Positions 63,591-64,000 of a stretch of 64,000 nt of DNA are shown here, one piece after another (position 1 is the stretch's first letter; each line of letters begins with the position of its first letter). Both the position numbers and the translations under genes were made by a program. The notes beneath the pieces are model-generated. The model searched no databases, was not told where the DNA came from, and was given only the letters and a program-made list of their open reading frames with translations. The DNA comes from Cyanophora paradoxa CCMP329 (taxonomy: Eukaryota; Plantae; Glaucophyta): assembly GCA_004431415.1 (NCBI GenBank), contig QPMI01000281.1:1-64000 (forward strand). The letters are read 5' to 3'.

Positions 63591-64000
63591 GCTACTAGTG
63601 GCCCGTCCGCTTTACATGTCCCCTGAATATGCTGCTGAACATACAGACAACCAAGTACGGGCTTAACTTGACCATGGTTGTGAGACGAGGTCAGCAGCGC
63701 TCAGCAATTTAAAAATTTGCGTTTGCAAATTGCGCAAATCACACGTGCACATGCCTCGTGATCGCGATGATATCGCCATCCATCACTCCGGATCCGCAAC
63801 ACTCCGTACACGTATAATCCGTTCCATGGCCCTAGCCCACTCCAACGGAGTAGAAGAAGAGCACAGAACCACAACACTCGCCAATGAGTCGCCATCTACA
63901 TGTACCCTCCCCGACCTTGCTATATACCAAGCCCAACCTCGTTGTACGTTATCTATTTTATAATAGGTTTATTCCGTGCCAGCAGTACAGACCAAGCTGC

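Overview
Gene-dense eukaryotic nuclear DNA with many short (~50-75 nt) spliceosomal introns, so most listed six-frame ORFs are exon fragments or GC-rich shadow frames. Two features point to a flagellated primary-plastid alga, most plausibly a glaucophyte such as Cyanophora (inference): plastid-type proteins with Phe-bearing transit-peptide-like starts and no signal peptide (RF1, YbaB/EbfC, uS15), and centriole/cilium genes plus cytoplasmic dynein-1. I can support about 20 protein genes, mostly in head-to-head pairs: dynein-1 heavy chain (3' part), p47/NSFL1C, PGK, MMSDH, LQY1-like, RPL22, a kelch protein, TGS1, plastid RF1, YbaB/EbfC, a PGM3-GlmU fusion, a CM1 coiled-coil protein, EB1, SYF1, BRX1, a CEP164-like WW/IQ protein, CEP104, syntaxin-16, plastid rps15 and an ankyrin-like protein. 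The standout is a chimeric enzyme: a eukaryotic phosphoacetylglucosamine mutase fused in one exon to a bacterial GlmU-type uridyltransferase domain. It has a spliced ~90-aa MPFV... presequence that the ORF track misses, making it a candidate plastid UDP-GlcNAc supply for peptidoglycan. Other highlights: a 2-kb foldback element with a TAG target duplication, a 1.72-kb tandem repeat with TGTTGG...CCAACA ends, intergenic DNA built from degenerate copies of nearby genes, an LQY1 orthologue, a CM1-motif protein and frequent GC-AG introns. Gene coordinates are spans that include introns and were read by eye.
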